A stretch of DNA of 38,342 nt. It comes from a virus (Duplodnaviria; Caudoviricetes). How positions within the stretch are numbered: the first letter of the stretch is position 1; each line of letters begins with the position of its first letter. Of this stretch, positions 14,421-22,825 are shown piece by piece. The notes below the pieces were generated by a model. That model ran no database searches and was not told the origin of the DNA. It saw nothing but the letters and a program-made list of their open reading frames with translations. The position numbers and the translations under genes are program-made. Location of the stretch: the IMG/VR virus record IMGVR_UViG_3300043414_000577, positions 1 to 38,342 of that record; one strand, 5' to 3'.

Positions 14421-15043
14421 TAAAACTCCGCTGAAATTGTGTATCTATCCCATGAAGAAATTAGGTGCTCTGTAATCTTTACACTTGATGGGGTTATTAT
14501 TACGGTACATGGCTCTGGCTTAATCCATGCGTCTATCTGATCAATGTTTTCTGGGTACTTGGGGTGTACCAATGGGTTGATAGATGCCTCATCTTTTGTT
14601 GAAAAGGATATTTGTCCGCCAACGTAGTCGTTGTTTATATAAAAAACAACATTATAGCCTCTCCCAACAGAATGTGGTCTTAGGTTGTGGCCCTTTTTAT
14701 TTCTTTTAACAATTGTTGAATTAACTGGATTAGTTTCTTTATCAATCGTATGAGAATGCTTATACTCTTTAATACATTCATTAATTATTTTATCAAACTC
14801 ACTTAGTCTTCCCGCATCAAATATTCTTTTGTCAGATATCTCATTGTCTGGTATCAATGCGTCTTGGCTGGTATTTTGTATCCCAACGCCGTCTATCCAT
14901 AGGTCAAAAGTATCTTTTAAAGGCTCTAGTAGTCCACGTATGGACCAGATTCCTGCACTTGTGCTAAGGTCTCTTTCTGCCTTGAATGTATCTGTTATAT
15001 TATTGTAATATGTGATGTCATCAGTAAGTTTATTTATATTCAT
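14420..15043 (-). CDS. 2OG-Fe(II) oxygenase-like protein with degenerate metal ligands
   Basis: YINNDYVGGQISF and terminal R are present, but HSV replaces HxD. Confidence 0.7.
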   Translation of the reverse strand: MNINKLTDDITYYNNITDTFKAERDLSTSAGIWSIRGLLEPLKDTFDLWIDGVGIQNTSQDALIPDNEISDKRIFDAGRLSEFDKIINECIKEYKHSHTIDKETNPVNSTIVKRNKKGHNLRPHSVGRGYNVVFYINNDYVGGQISFSTKDEASINPLVHPKYPENIDQIDAWIKPEPCTVIITPSSVKITEHLISSWDRYTISAEF

Positions 15044-15057
15044 TTTGTTCTTTCATC

Positions 15058-15192
15058 TTATGAAGCACCAGGAAATTCGAAGTGATCCTTACAAACATCT
15101 ACAACTTTAAATACTTCATTTACTTTTTCAGTAGTTAATGAGCTGTATTCTGCACTTTTAGTACAATAAAAACAAGGAGTCATTATTATCAT
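15058..15192 (-). CDS. 44-aa zinc-finger microprotein (CFYC...VCKDH)
   Basis: C-x2-C...C-x2-H; fills the intergenic gap. Confidence 0.6.
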   Translation of the reverse strand: MIIMTPCFYCTKSAEYSSLTTEKVNEVFKVVDVCKDHFEFPGAS

Positions 15193-15203
15193 GACGACTT
15201 ACC

Positions 15204-15794
15204 TTAAAGATTGATATTGTCTAGTGACTCAACTGATGCGTCAAATTGAATTTCTTCTACTACAGACAAAAATGTACGTAGCTTTGCTGAAATCTGAGGG
15301 TCATCAAGTTCAATCTTAATATAATTTGGCTTACCTGCAAAGAAAGTAGTTACCTTCTGATCGTGTGCAGTATAAATAGATCTTAACTCTTCGTCTGTAA
15401 GGTCTTGAGCCAAAACTTTATTTGTATTTATATAGTTTTTGCACAACAATTCTTCAAACTGGTAAGTTGTGCTGTGTGAAGCCTTTGCTTGAAGTCCTTT
15501 AAATAGTTCAAGCCATGAATCTATACCTCTGTATATATAGATAAACTTTGTTTCATTATCAATTTCAAATTCTTTTTCAAAGTTTAAGTTAGCTGGAAAT
15601 CCAACATGTGCCTGAAAATCAGTCTCGCTGATTGTTCTGCAATAAGCATTTACTCCGTCTAGTGTCTCTGGGAATGATCCTAGCTCTAGTACATTGTATG
15701 GGTAAAAAGTTTTTGTTGTAAATCCGCTTTCAACTAAAAAGTTTCTTAGTGGCTTATCTCCGCTAAGGTTAAATCCTAAAGTTCTTATTCTCAT
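15204..15794 (-). CDS. Sulfotransferase-like protein, paralog of 12742-13326
   Basis: Shares GFTT.TFY...GSF.E..DG, KFI.I.R..SW, DLTD.EL and LDDP.I..K.R.F with its paralog. Confidence 0.65.
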   Translation of the reverse strand: MRIRTLGFNLSGDKPLRNFLVESGFTTKTFYPYNVLELGSFPETLDGVNAYCRTISETDFQAHVGFPANLNFEKEFEIDNETKFIYIYRGIDSWLELFKGLQAKASHSTTYQFEELLCKNYINTNKVLAQDLTDEELRSIYTAHDQKVTTFFAGKPNYIKIELDDPQISAKLRTFLSVVEEIQFDASVESLDNINL

Positions 15795-16528
15795 TATGCT
15801 ACCAACGCTCTCTCTATTGCATCTGTAATGTTTTTACGTGCAACTGAAGCTCTTATTGAGCCAGTTTCTGTTAAGCCTCTTTCCATATTTTCTTGATTCT
15901 GGTCTAAAAGATCACCATTTCTAAAATATGCAACAAGCTTTCCGTTTCTATCTACTAAGTACTTTTCAAAGTTACCAGACATAAATGCCCCGCTATCTTT
16001 TTTATTGCTTTTAGAACCTTGAAATCCTAGCCATTTGTAAATAGCATGAGGTGTTACAACTCCATGCTTCCCTGGAAGTCCTGGAATGATCTCCCCTGGG
16101 CCAGGGTTAGACTCAACTAACTCTGAAAACTTATATGTTACGTTATACTTTTCTGTTCCAAACTTACGTGCTCCCTTTGCATCTTCGCAGCCGTATACGT
16201 GCTCTCCGTATGTTAATCCTGCTCCGCAATAATCATTTGTTGGAACTGCTAAAACTTCAAATCCTTCGTTTTTGTATTCTTGGTACAAATCTTCAATAAC
16301 TCCGTATTGTGGTGCATTACCGCATTCTCCTGTTACGTTAATGACAAGTGTTACCTTACCTTCAAATTCCTTTAGGAAATTATCTTCTCCGTCAGCCGAC
16401 TTTAAGCTAATATCGTAGAAGCTTTTTACATCATCAATTGGTGTATCTTGGCAAATGCACATAACATCTGGGGCGTATGAAACGCAGTCTGATGTGTGTA
16501 CTGCCGATGGGTTGTCGATTGTATTCAT
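15794..16528 (-). CDS. Glutathione peroxidase-family protein
   Basis: GKVTLVINVTGECG...QY...GFEVLAVP.N...NFEKYLVDRNGK; leaderless promoter. Confidence 0.85.
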   Translation of the reverse strand: MNTIDNPSAVHTSDCVSYAPDVMCICQDTPIDDVKSFYDISLKSADGEDNFLKEFEGKVTLVINVTGECGNAPQYGVIEDLYQEYKNEGFEVLAVPTNDYCGAGLTYGEHVYGCEDAKGARKFGTEKYNVTYKFSELVESNPGPGEIIPGLPGKHGVVTPHAIYKWLGFQGSKSNKKDSGAFMSGNFEKYLVDRNGKLVAYFRNGDLLDQNQENMERGLTETGSIRASVARKNITDAIERALVA

Positions 16529-16547
16529 AGATTAATTATAGCATGCC

Positions 16548-16775
16548 CTATTTATTACGGGGAACTGCCCTATCCTTTATTCTTCTCCACCTGCCATACT
16601 TTGTAGGGACATTTGACCCAATATACTCTTGTCCTGTCTCTAAGTCTATAAGAAGCCATTTCTCTGGAGCTTTTGTATGTATAGTTAAGTCTACAGCCTT
16701 AGAGAACTCTTCTACCTCAGCACCTTGGTACATCCTTGGAAGAAATGGGTATTCATTATTTAAAAGTTTTCTCAA
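16548..16775 (-). CDS. Hypothetical protein, tandem paralog (TKAP.KW.L.D.ETG motif); start uncertain
   Basis: Clear similarity to 16756-17001. Confidence 0.7.
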   Translation of the reverse strand: MRKLLNNEYPFLPRMYQGAEVEEFSKAVDLTIHTKAPEKWLLIDLETGQEYIGSNVPTKYGRWRRIKDRAVPRNK

Positions 16776-17001
16776 TTTTAACCCATGTCCCATGCGTGTA
16801 CTTACTAACATTTTTAATTACGCCCATCTGAATCATAGTCAGAACACTAGCCTTAGCTGGAACAGAGTCAGCTATATACTGCTCTCCAGTTTCCATGTCT
16901 GTAAGTTTCCACTTACCAGGGGCTTTGGTGTAGACTGTTATAGATACTGGATCGGAATATTCTTTTACCTGAGTTCCGTCTAGCAAAGTTCTGTTTGTCA
17001 T
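16756..17001 (-). CDS. Hypothetical protein, tandem paralog
   Basis: VKEYSDPVSITVYTKAPGKWKLTDMETGEQYI. Confidence 0.75.
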   Translation of the reverse strand: MTNRTLLDGTQVKEYSDPVSITVYTKAPGKWKLTDMETGEQYIADSVPAKASVLTMIQMGVIKNVSKYTHGTWVKIEKTFK

Positions 17002-18041
17002 AATGAATCTATTATATCATTCCATATGTCTTGAACATCTTCGCAGCCAACTGATAATCTTATTAGGCTTTCAGATACTAGATGGCTTTCAAGGGGCCAC
17101 CTTCTTCTTCTTTCCCATAATGACTCCACGCTTCCAAGGCTGGTGGCGTTAGCAATTAGCTTTGATCTATTACAAATTTCTTCAGCCTCTTCTGGAGAAG
17201 CGTTTACTTCAAATGAGATCATGGCCCCAAATCCAGGGTAATAGACTTTTGAAACTTTGCTGTGATTACTTATTAATTTAAATAATTCTTTTGCATTTGA
17301 CTCCGCCTTTTTAAATCTTAGAGGGAAGGTTCTAATGCCCCTTAAGGCTAACCAAGCTTCAAATGGCTGAGGTATTGTTCCATTTATTTTTCTTGAAAAC
17401 TCTACGGCATCATACAGAGAGTTGTTATTAAAAGAAATAGATCCCATAAGCACATCACTGTGCCCAGCAAGGTATTTAGTTATTGAATTCATTGACATAT
17501 CTGCACCAAGGTCTAGGGGCTTTTGATTCATTGGGGTTGCAAATGTATTGTCTACCCCTACTATTATGCCTGTTTTATTACAAGATCTAATTAACCTATT
17601 TAGGTCTGCAACCTCAAGCCTAGGATTTGTTGGTGATTCAAGCCATAGCATATATGCGCCTTCTAGGTTTGCTAAAACTTCTCCCGTGTTTGTTATATCA
17701 ACAAATCTTGCAACAATCTTTCCTTCATTGTGCATTTTTTCCATTGTTGCATTAACACCAGCGTACCCTTGATTTGAAGCAACAACTATAGATCCTACTG
17801 GTATATTTGAAAACAATGAGCTTATTGCTGACATACCTGATGCAAAGGCTAATGTTTTACCGCCTTCTAAAAGAGAAATTGTGTCTTCCAAAGACTTACA
17901 AGAATCATTTCCGTATCTTGCGTAACCCCATTGCCCGCCTGCAGTGTATGTAGAGTTTAAAGAAATTGGTGTGTTGAGCGGGCTATCTGGATACCTGTCT
18001 GGTCTTCCTCCAGATATTGCATTTGTTTCAAACGAATACAT
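16998..18041 (-). CDS. PLP-dependent trans-sulfuration enzyme (cystathionine gamma-synthase/lyase family)
   Basis: YARYGN, FASGMSA, WLESPTNP, VDNTFATP, SITKYLAGHSD (PLP lysine) and IRLSVG.ED motifs. Confidence 0.92.
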   Translation of the reverse strand: MYSFETNAISGGRPDRYPDSPLNTPISLNSTYTAGGQWGYARYGNDSCKSLEDTISLLEGGKTLAFASGMSAISSLFSNIPVGSIVVASNQGYAGVNATMEKMHNEGKIVARFVDITNTGEVLANLEGAYMLWLESPTNPRLEVADLNRLIRSCNKTGIIVGVDNTFATPMNQKPLDLGADMSMNSITKYLAGHSDVLMGSISFNNNSLYDAVEFSRKINGTIPQPFEAWLALRGIRTFPLRFKKAESNAKELFKLISNHSKVSKVYYPGFGAMISFEVNASPEEAEEICNRSKLIANATSLGSVESLWERRRRWPLESHLVSESLIRLSVGCEDVQDIWNDIIDSL

Positions 18042-18685
18042 TATATTCCTATCGAATGATCAAATATAAAAGCTGGAAGAACATATCTAATAGGTCCAGA
18101 CTTTACGTGTCTAACTCCATGCTCGTACTCCTGAGTGCCTGGAAAAACAAGTAGGCTTCCCTTTGGAGGTTTTATTTCTATATTTTTATTTGTAAAGTAA
18201 ATTTCTCCGCCATTGTAGTCTTCATTTATATAAGCAACTGAAGCCCAAGCGTGTCTAGCATCTGCTTTATCATCATAATGTGCTTTTAATTCTGTTCCAT
18301 CATACATTCTTTGTATTGTTCCAAAACTTTTAAACTCTAATTTATCTGAATTTGGAAAAAAGAATTTAGAAACTCTTTCAGGAAGATCTTGAACAAGCGA
18401 TGTTTTACCGCTAAGTGGTGTTACTTTGTCATCCCAATTTTCTGTTCGCTCAATGCCAGCTGCGTCTATATCACGATTTCCTGTAAGCTCTTCTGCACGA
18501 TCTTCTAGGTGTTTTGTATAATGCAGTTGCATTGCCCAGTCATCTTCTGTGGAGTTATCTATTATTGTACAAAGCTCTGCTAGATCTTTTTCTGTTAAAA
18601 AGTTTCTAACCATCATTATATTTGGCTCTAGCATATCAAATGTGTAGCCTAAGCTTTTAACAAATTCCGTGTTTAATGGAATCAT
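18041..18685 (-). CDS. 2OG-Fe(II) oxygenase (prolyl 4-hydroxylase-like)
   Basis: HYD...YINEDYNGGEIYF...HGVRHVKSGPIRY. Confidence 0.9.
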   Translation of the reverse strand: MIPLNTEFVKSLGYTFDMLEPNIMMVRNFLTEKDLAELCTIIDNSTEDDWAMQLHYTKHLEDRAEELTGNRDIDAAGIERTENWDDKVTPLSGKTSLVQDLPERVSKFFFPNSDKLEFKSFGTIQRMYDGTELKAHYDDKADARHAWASVAYINEDYNGGEIYFTNKNIEIKPPKGSLLVFPGTQEYEHGVRHVKSGPIRYVLPAFIFDHSIGI

Positions 18686-18699
18686 TTTTTCTCCAATGT

Positions 18700-18789
18700 T
18701 TATACGACTGTAGAATCTAGAACTACGTCTATTGAATCATCAATGCTATACGGATGTTCTTTTGAACAAGACCCGCATTGTTTGCACAT
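18700..18789 (-). CDS. 29-aa Cys-rich micropeptide MCKQCGSCSKEH...
   Basis: TAATG coupling; MCxxCG start. Confidence 0.6.
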   Translation of the reverse strand: MCKQCGSCSKEHPYSIDDSIDVVLDSTVV

Positions 18790-18995
18790 TATACTTTCTT
18801 TCTGCCAAATTTCTTTGGTGGCTTTGGTACCAAACTTGTTTCTCTTCTTATACCGTGCTTGTTTGTATCAATCTTTACGCCCTGCCTTGGGTACTTCTTT
18901 GGAGTATTTGTGCTTGTAACAGCACCAGCAGGTGCACCAGCGTTAGCTGGTGGCACCATGCCAGTACCATCTTCTTTTTTAAAACCACTACTCAT
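18789..18995 (-). CDS. Small basic disordered protein
   Basis: 68-aa ORF in the micro-gene run. Confidence 0.7.
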   Translation of the reverse strand: MSSGFKKEDGTGMVPPANAGAPAGAVTSTNTPKKYPRQGVKIDTNKHGIRRETSLVPKPPKKFGRKKV

Positions 18996-19137
18996 TTATA
19001 AATTGTCTTGTCTGCTCAGGTGTTGAAACCATGCCTAGTGTTGTGCCTGATTCACCATCTCTTGATACATCTATAATTGTAACTGGGGTTACACCCTTGG
19101 TGCTTCCTACTGTTTCGCATCCGCATTCATAGCACAT
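18988..19137 (-). CDS. 49-aa micropeptide MCYECGCETVG...
   Basis: TAATG coupling; MCxxCGC start. Confidence 0.65.
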   Translation of the reverse strand: MCYECGCETVGSTKGVTPVTIIDVSRDGESGTTLGMVSTPEQTRQFINE

Positions 19138-19292
19138 TAGTTACAGTTCTCACAATCTTTAACTGCACAATCAGCATCGCCTCTTGTGTCTCTTGTGCAC
19201 TTATCAGATGCAGACGCTGCTGGCTTAATAGCCTGTGCAATTGCTGCCTCCTGTGTTGGCGCTACAATTTCTTCTTTAGCAAATAGATCCAT
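19137..19292 (-). CDS. 51-aa peptide with Cys-rich C-terminus (...CTRDTRGDADCAVKDCENCN)
   Basis: Packed ORF with Ala/Glu-rich N-terminal half and four C-terminal Cys. Confidence 0.65.
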   Translation of the reverse strand: MDLFAKEEIVAPTQEAAIAQAIKPAASASDKCTRDTRGDADCAVKDCENCN

Positions 19293-19294
19293 TT

Positions 19295-19444
19295 TTACTT
19301 TGGGCCTTGTGCTGATGCTTGGTTAGAAACGTCTGTTGCTGGGAATGCTGCTGCAGGTGCTTCTGTATAATTCTCTGTTGCCCATGGTGATGAGCCCGCT
19401 GGCTTTGTTTCGTTAAATCCTTTTAAATCTTTTCCGTCTGACAT
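19295..19444 (-). CDS. 49-aa low-complexity peptide (MSDGKDLKGFNETKP...)
   Basis: AGGAG RBS; promoter TGCTATAAT at 19501-19509. Confidence 0.65.
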   Translation of the reverse strand: MSDGKDLKGFNETKPAGSSPWATENYTEAPAAAFPATDVSNQASAQGPK

Positions 19445-19490
19445 GTTGTGCTCCTATAGGTTATTTATTTAAACGGGACTAGTATTCCGT

Positions 19491-19595
19491 TCATTCCTCT
19501 ATTATAGCATTTAGTTGATTAGGATCAGATTCCTCTGAAGGCTCTCTGTCGTTGCCTAAGCCGATGTGATCAGCGCACCCACATAGCCAGCACAT
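19491..19595 (-). CDS. 34-aa micropeptide MCWLCGCADH...
   Basis: TGATG coupling to the radical SAM stop; MCxxCGC start. Confidence 0.6.
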   Translation of the reverse strand: MCWLCGCADHIGLGNDREPSEESDPNQLNAIIEE

Positions 19596-20596
19596 CAATC
19601 GCCCCAGATGGCCGCAGAACAGCTGGTACACATCTTAGAATAGGAGTCCTGAACCATCTCAGCCCTATCTTTGCTGTGCCATATTTCTTTTATGGTTGAT
19701 TTAAATGCATTGCCATATATTGTTTCAAAATCATAATCGGCACAACAAATAAATAAATCTCCATTTGCATTTATGTGCACCCATTCATTTGTCCTGCTTC
19801 TAACTCCTAGACCGCCATTACATCCAACTACACGGCTGCCCTTGGGCTTTAAATACTTTTCAATTGCAAAACGCTGAGTCATTATTTTAAATGTTTCTAG
19901 GTGGGCCGCCCTGTCGTATAGGTGATGAGCACTGCTAATACTGAGGTCTGGGAATATTAACTTAAATCTATCGTACTCTTTTTTTAAATCTCCAGATTCC
20001 AGGCTCAAGTCCATTTTTGGTGCATTCTCTAATAGATCTAGCCATCCACCATTTTCAGTTAAAGACATTTCGTTAATTCCATTTATCATTAAATGAATAA
20101 AGATTGGGTTTTCTAATTTATTATTTTCTTCTATAAAATGCTTTATGTTGTCTATTACTTTAGGAAATAGCTTTATGTTCATTCCCACGTATTTAGACCA
20201 AGTCTCTGGGTCAGATGAAGGTACGTTTAAAAGTATTCCCTGTATAGAGTTTCTGTGTTTTATTAATAGATCTGTTTTTGATTTAGTTAGGTTCACGCCG
20301 TTAGTTAATATGTTTGTCTGAAAATTGTATTTAGCATATAGATCCATCATGGCATCGAACTCTTTATAGAGTAAGACTTCATTGTAATTAGCTGAAAATA
20401 CAATTGATAGTTCGGGATCTACAAAATCTCCCTTACCCTCTGTTAACTGAATAAATATATTTTCTATCTCTGATAAAGGCATATCTCTTATTGCTGACTT
20501 TGGATTGCCAGCGTATGCTACTGGACAAAACCAGCAGGATGAATTGCATATGCCATTTACATCAAGTTGAACTGCCTTGATAAGATAATCATTCAT
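19595..20596 (-). CDS. Radical SAM protein with C-terminal SPASM/twitch-like domain
   Basis: CNSSCWFC (CxxxCxxC), TNG, and GC...INANGDLFICC...GN...IKEIW...CTSC. Confidence 0.9.
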   Translation of the reverse strand: MNDYLIKAVQLDVNGICNSSCWFCPVAYAGNPKSAIRDMPLSEIENIFIQLTEGKGDFVDPELSIVFSANYNEVLLYKEFDAMMDLYAKYNFQTNILTNGVNLTKSKTDLLIKHRNSIQGILLNVPSSDPETWSKYVGMNIKLFPKVIDNIKHFIEENNKLENPIFIHLMINGINEMSLTENGGWLDLLENAPKMDLSLESGDLKKEYDRFKLIFPDLSISSAHHLYDRAAHLETFKIMTQRFAIEKYLKPKGSRVVGCNGGLGVRSRTNEWVHINANGDLFICCADYDFETIYGNAFKSTIKEIWHSKDRAEMVQDSYSKMCTSCSAAIWGD

Positions 20597-20599
20597 TTG

Positions 20600-20722
20600 T
20601 TATGACCTATATAACCTGTGATAACAGTCTACACACATATCTATGATACCAGATTCAGGTAATGATCCTATGTGTTTTGCTGGTTTACCACAATCTTTTA
20701 TTTCACACACACCGCTAAACAT
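20600..20722 (-). CDS. 40-aa zinc-finger microprotein (CEIKDC...CVDCY)
   Basis: TAATG coupling; four Cys. Confidence 0.6.
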   Translation of the reverse strand: MFSGVCEIKDCGKPAKHIGSLPESGIIDMCVDCYHRLYRS

Positions 20723-20940
20723 TATTTAATCTTGCCACCAAATTTTGACCATGCTCTTTCGTGTAAAAAAAATCCAATCATTTCGCATGCTGTGTATATG
20801 ATTGCAAATGTGCCAGCGTACTCCCAATGGGCTTTGCCAGTAATAGCCTTTTCAAAGAAATAGACTAATGTACCAACAAACCCAATATGAACTGCTGGCC
20901 AAGTTATTGATTTATATAAACTTCTTTTATTAGATTCCAT
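20722..20940 (-). CDS. DUF2061-family small membrane protein
   Basis: ES.KRSLYKSITW...FFLHERAW; leaderless promoter. Confidence 0.8.
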   Translation of the reverse strand: MESNKRSLYKSITWPAVHIGFVGTLVYFFEKAITGKAHWEYAGTFAIIYTACEMIGFFLHERAWSKFGGKIK

Positions 20941-20963
20941 AATACCATTCTAGCATTTATATA

Positions 20964-20997
20964 TTAAAGGGGCAAGACCTAAGTCCTGCCCCTTTAA
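20964..20997 (-). terminator. Intrinsic terminator hairpin
   Basis: TTAAAGGGGCAGGAC-TTAG-GTCTTGCCCCTTTAA just after the 21008 gene. Confidence 0.7.
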
Positions 20998-21007
20998 TTG
21001 AAGTTAT

Positions 21008-22030
21008 TTACTTCTTTAGTGCAACCTTTAACTTAGGGAACTTCTTGTTCCACTTAGTTGCAAGTGCATTATATTCCGCCTTATAAGTAGCCTTAGCAAG
21101 ATCTGCTGCCGCTTTTGCTGTTACTGCTGCTGCTGTTGCAGTTGCAGAATCTGATGCACGACCAGCCTTTTCTGCTGCAAGTGCTGCATTAGCTGTTGCA
21201 AGAGCTTGATTTGCTGCTGCAAGTTCTGCATTTTTTGCTGCAAGTTCTGCTGCAATATCACGAACTACAATTGTAGCGCTTACAGAACCAACTGGTGCTG
21301 CTAAGCCTGTTACGGCTGTTGCTACTGTTGCATATGCAACTACTGTAATTGAACCAGTTGCAGGAACTGTTACTGTCTGCTCTTTTGTTCCAAGTGTTGC
21401 TACTGCTGTGTCAGTTGTTAGCGCTGTTGCTAGTGCTGCTCCAGAACTTGAAACCAAAGTATTAACTGTGGCTCCACCCTTTGCATTACCGAACACGTCA
21501 AATCCAGATACTTTAAGAACCTGTGATGTACCTGCTGCTGCTGATGCAGGAGCGGTTAGTGTAATTGAGTTCAAAGCACCTGCGGTACCTTGTACATAAT
21601 AAACTGTTGTAGTTCCAGCACGAGTAATCGATACTGATCCTACTGCTGTACTTTTAGTATATACATAAAAGTCTGCTGATGTTCCAGTTCCTGTTGCAAT
21701 TGATAGCGTTGAGGTTCCAGATGATGCTGTTACTGCTGCACCAGTTGCTGCTAGAGCAGGGACGAGTGTTGCATTTACTGCAACTGCTGTTACTGCTGTT
21801 CCAGTGTCTACGCCTGTTACGGCAATCTTTAATGCATCTGCTGCATCTACACTGTTATCTGCTGGTACTGGTAGTGATACAGGAGTTGTTACTACTGTTC
21901 CACCTGTTGCTGCAGTTCCCGCCACCGTTAGGGTGACAGTTCCAGCATTGGCCTGCGCTGCAGGTGATACAAGCATTGTGCTAGTCAGGGCTGCAGCGAT
22001 GATTAGCGATACTTTCTTGAATGAGTTCAT
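21008..22030 (-). CDS. Secreted Ala/Thr-rich beta-sandwich (Ig-like) surface protein with C-terminal coiled coil
   Basis: Signal peptide ending AQA; DVFGN Ig-like motif; basic C-terminus; AAGGAG RBS. Confidence 0.75.
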   Translation of the reverse strand: MNSFKKVSLIIAAALTSTMLVSPAAQANAGTVTLTVAGTAATGGTVVTTPVSLPVPADNSVDAADALKIAVTGVDTGTAVTAVAVNATLVPALAATGAAVTASSGTSTLSIATGTGTSADFYVYTKSTAVGSVSITRAGTTTVYYVQGTAGALNSITLTAPASAAAGTSQVLKVSGFDVFGNAKGGATVNTLVSSSGAALATALTTDTAVATLGTKEQTVTVPATGSITVVAYATVATAVTGLAAPVGSVSATIVVRDIAAELAAKNAELAAANQALATANAALAAEKAGRASDSATATAAAVTAKAAADLAKATYKAEYNALATKWNKKFPKLKVALKK

Positions 22031-22128
22031 TCTATTTATTTCTCCTTATGTTAATCTGTCTCTTTTACGAGCTCAGAAGTTTGTGACATGTTCACACTAT
22101 GTAAGACGCTTTTCTATATCAAATGTCG

Positions 22129-22329
22129 CTAATGTAATTCATGTATTTTTACGTGGAAGGAACAGGGGTCTCCGCCTTCATCCCATTCTTCCATTTCTTC
22201 ATCTGACATTGGTGGGCCATCATGAGTATCGCAAAATACATCTGATATCCATCCACGATCATATCCATTCTTAAGCCATATTTCAAACTCTAAATGATTG
22301 GCATCTTCTGAATCAAATTCTAGATCCAT
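22129..22329 (-). CDS. Conserved hypothetical phage protein (FCDTHDG...GGDPC)
   Basis: Acidic 66-aa ORF. Confidence 0.75.
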   Translation of the reverse strand: MDLEFDSEDANHLEFEIWLKNGYDRGWISDVFCDTHDGPPMSDEEMEEWDEGGDPCSFHVKIHELH

Positions 22330-22622
22330 TCAGCCAACTCCTCTAGCAATACGTGCTTAGGCTTAGCCCCAATTATCTTTTTAACTGGTTGACCTTCCTT
22401 AAATAGTACCATATAGGGGATGGTGGTTACTGAGTATTCTGCTGTTTTGACAGGATTCTCATCAACATTTAACTTTCCAACCCAGAGCCCGCACTCATTT
22501 GATATCTCATCTAGGATTGGAGACACTTTTCTGCACGGTCCGCACCAAGGTGCCCAAAAATCAATAAGAACTAACTTATGATTTTGTAGTACAGAATCAA
22601 AAGATTCATCTGTTACTATCAT
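22320..22622 (-). CDS. trxA: Thioredoxin
   Basis: DFWAPWCGPC active site; KLNVDENP; IP cis-Pro motif. Confidence 0.95.
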   Translation of the reverse strand: MIVTDESFDSVLQNHKLVLIDFWAPWCGPCRKVSPILDEISNECGLWVGKLNVDENPVKTAEYSVTTIPYMVLFKEGQPVKKIIGAKPKHVLLEELAEWI

Positions 22623-22825
22623 TTGTCCTTAAGCTCCTCCGCTGCTGCATTAAATTTATTCATAAATTCTTGAATTACGAATAGTGTTGTCTCGTGTGCA
22701 TTCTTTGACATTGCGCTAAATGCATGTTGATTCTTTTCCTCATCAGGCATTGCTGAAACCCATTTGTTATATAGGTCTTCAGCAACCTCCCCAATAATTT
22801 CATCCATTACTGTTAGCTCAGCCAT
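22619..22825 (-). CDS. Hypothetical protein
   Basis: Start at MAELTV overlapping the upstream stop. Confidence 0.7.
   Translation of the reverse strand: MAELTVMDEIIGEVAEDLYNKWVSAMPDEEKNQHAFSAMSKNAHETTLFVIQEFMNKFNAAAEELKDK

Noticed and set aside
15794-16528. Selenocysteine or stop-codon recoding in GPx or genome-wide
   Set aside because: The active site is a normal Cys codon; conserved genes are full length in the standard code and no suppressor tRNA is present.
16543-16983. 146-aa plus-strand ORF
   Set aside because: Antisense to two paralogous minus-strand genes.
19013-19020. CCTGAGCA (minus strand) as a fourth pseudoknot copy
   Set aside because: Lacks the downstream TGCTC partner and lies in a coding frame.
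22082-22096. TGTGA-CATGT-TCACA as a CRP site
   Set aside because: Spacer is 5 bp, not the required 6.
21408-22274. Plus-strand ORFs opposite the Ala/Thr-rich surface protein
   Set aside because: Antisense artefacts of GCN/ACN-rich codons.
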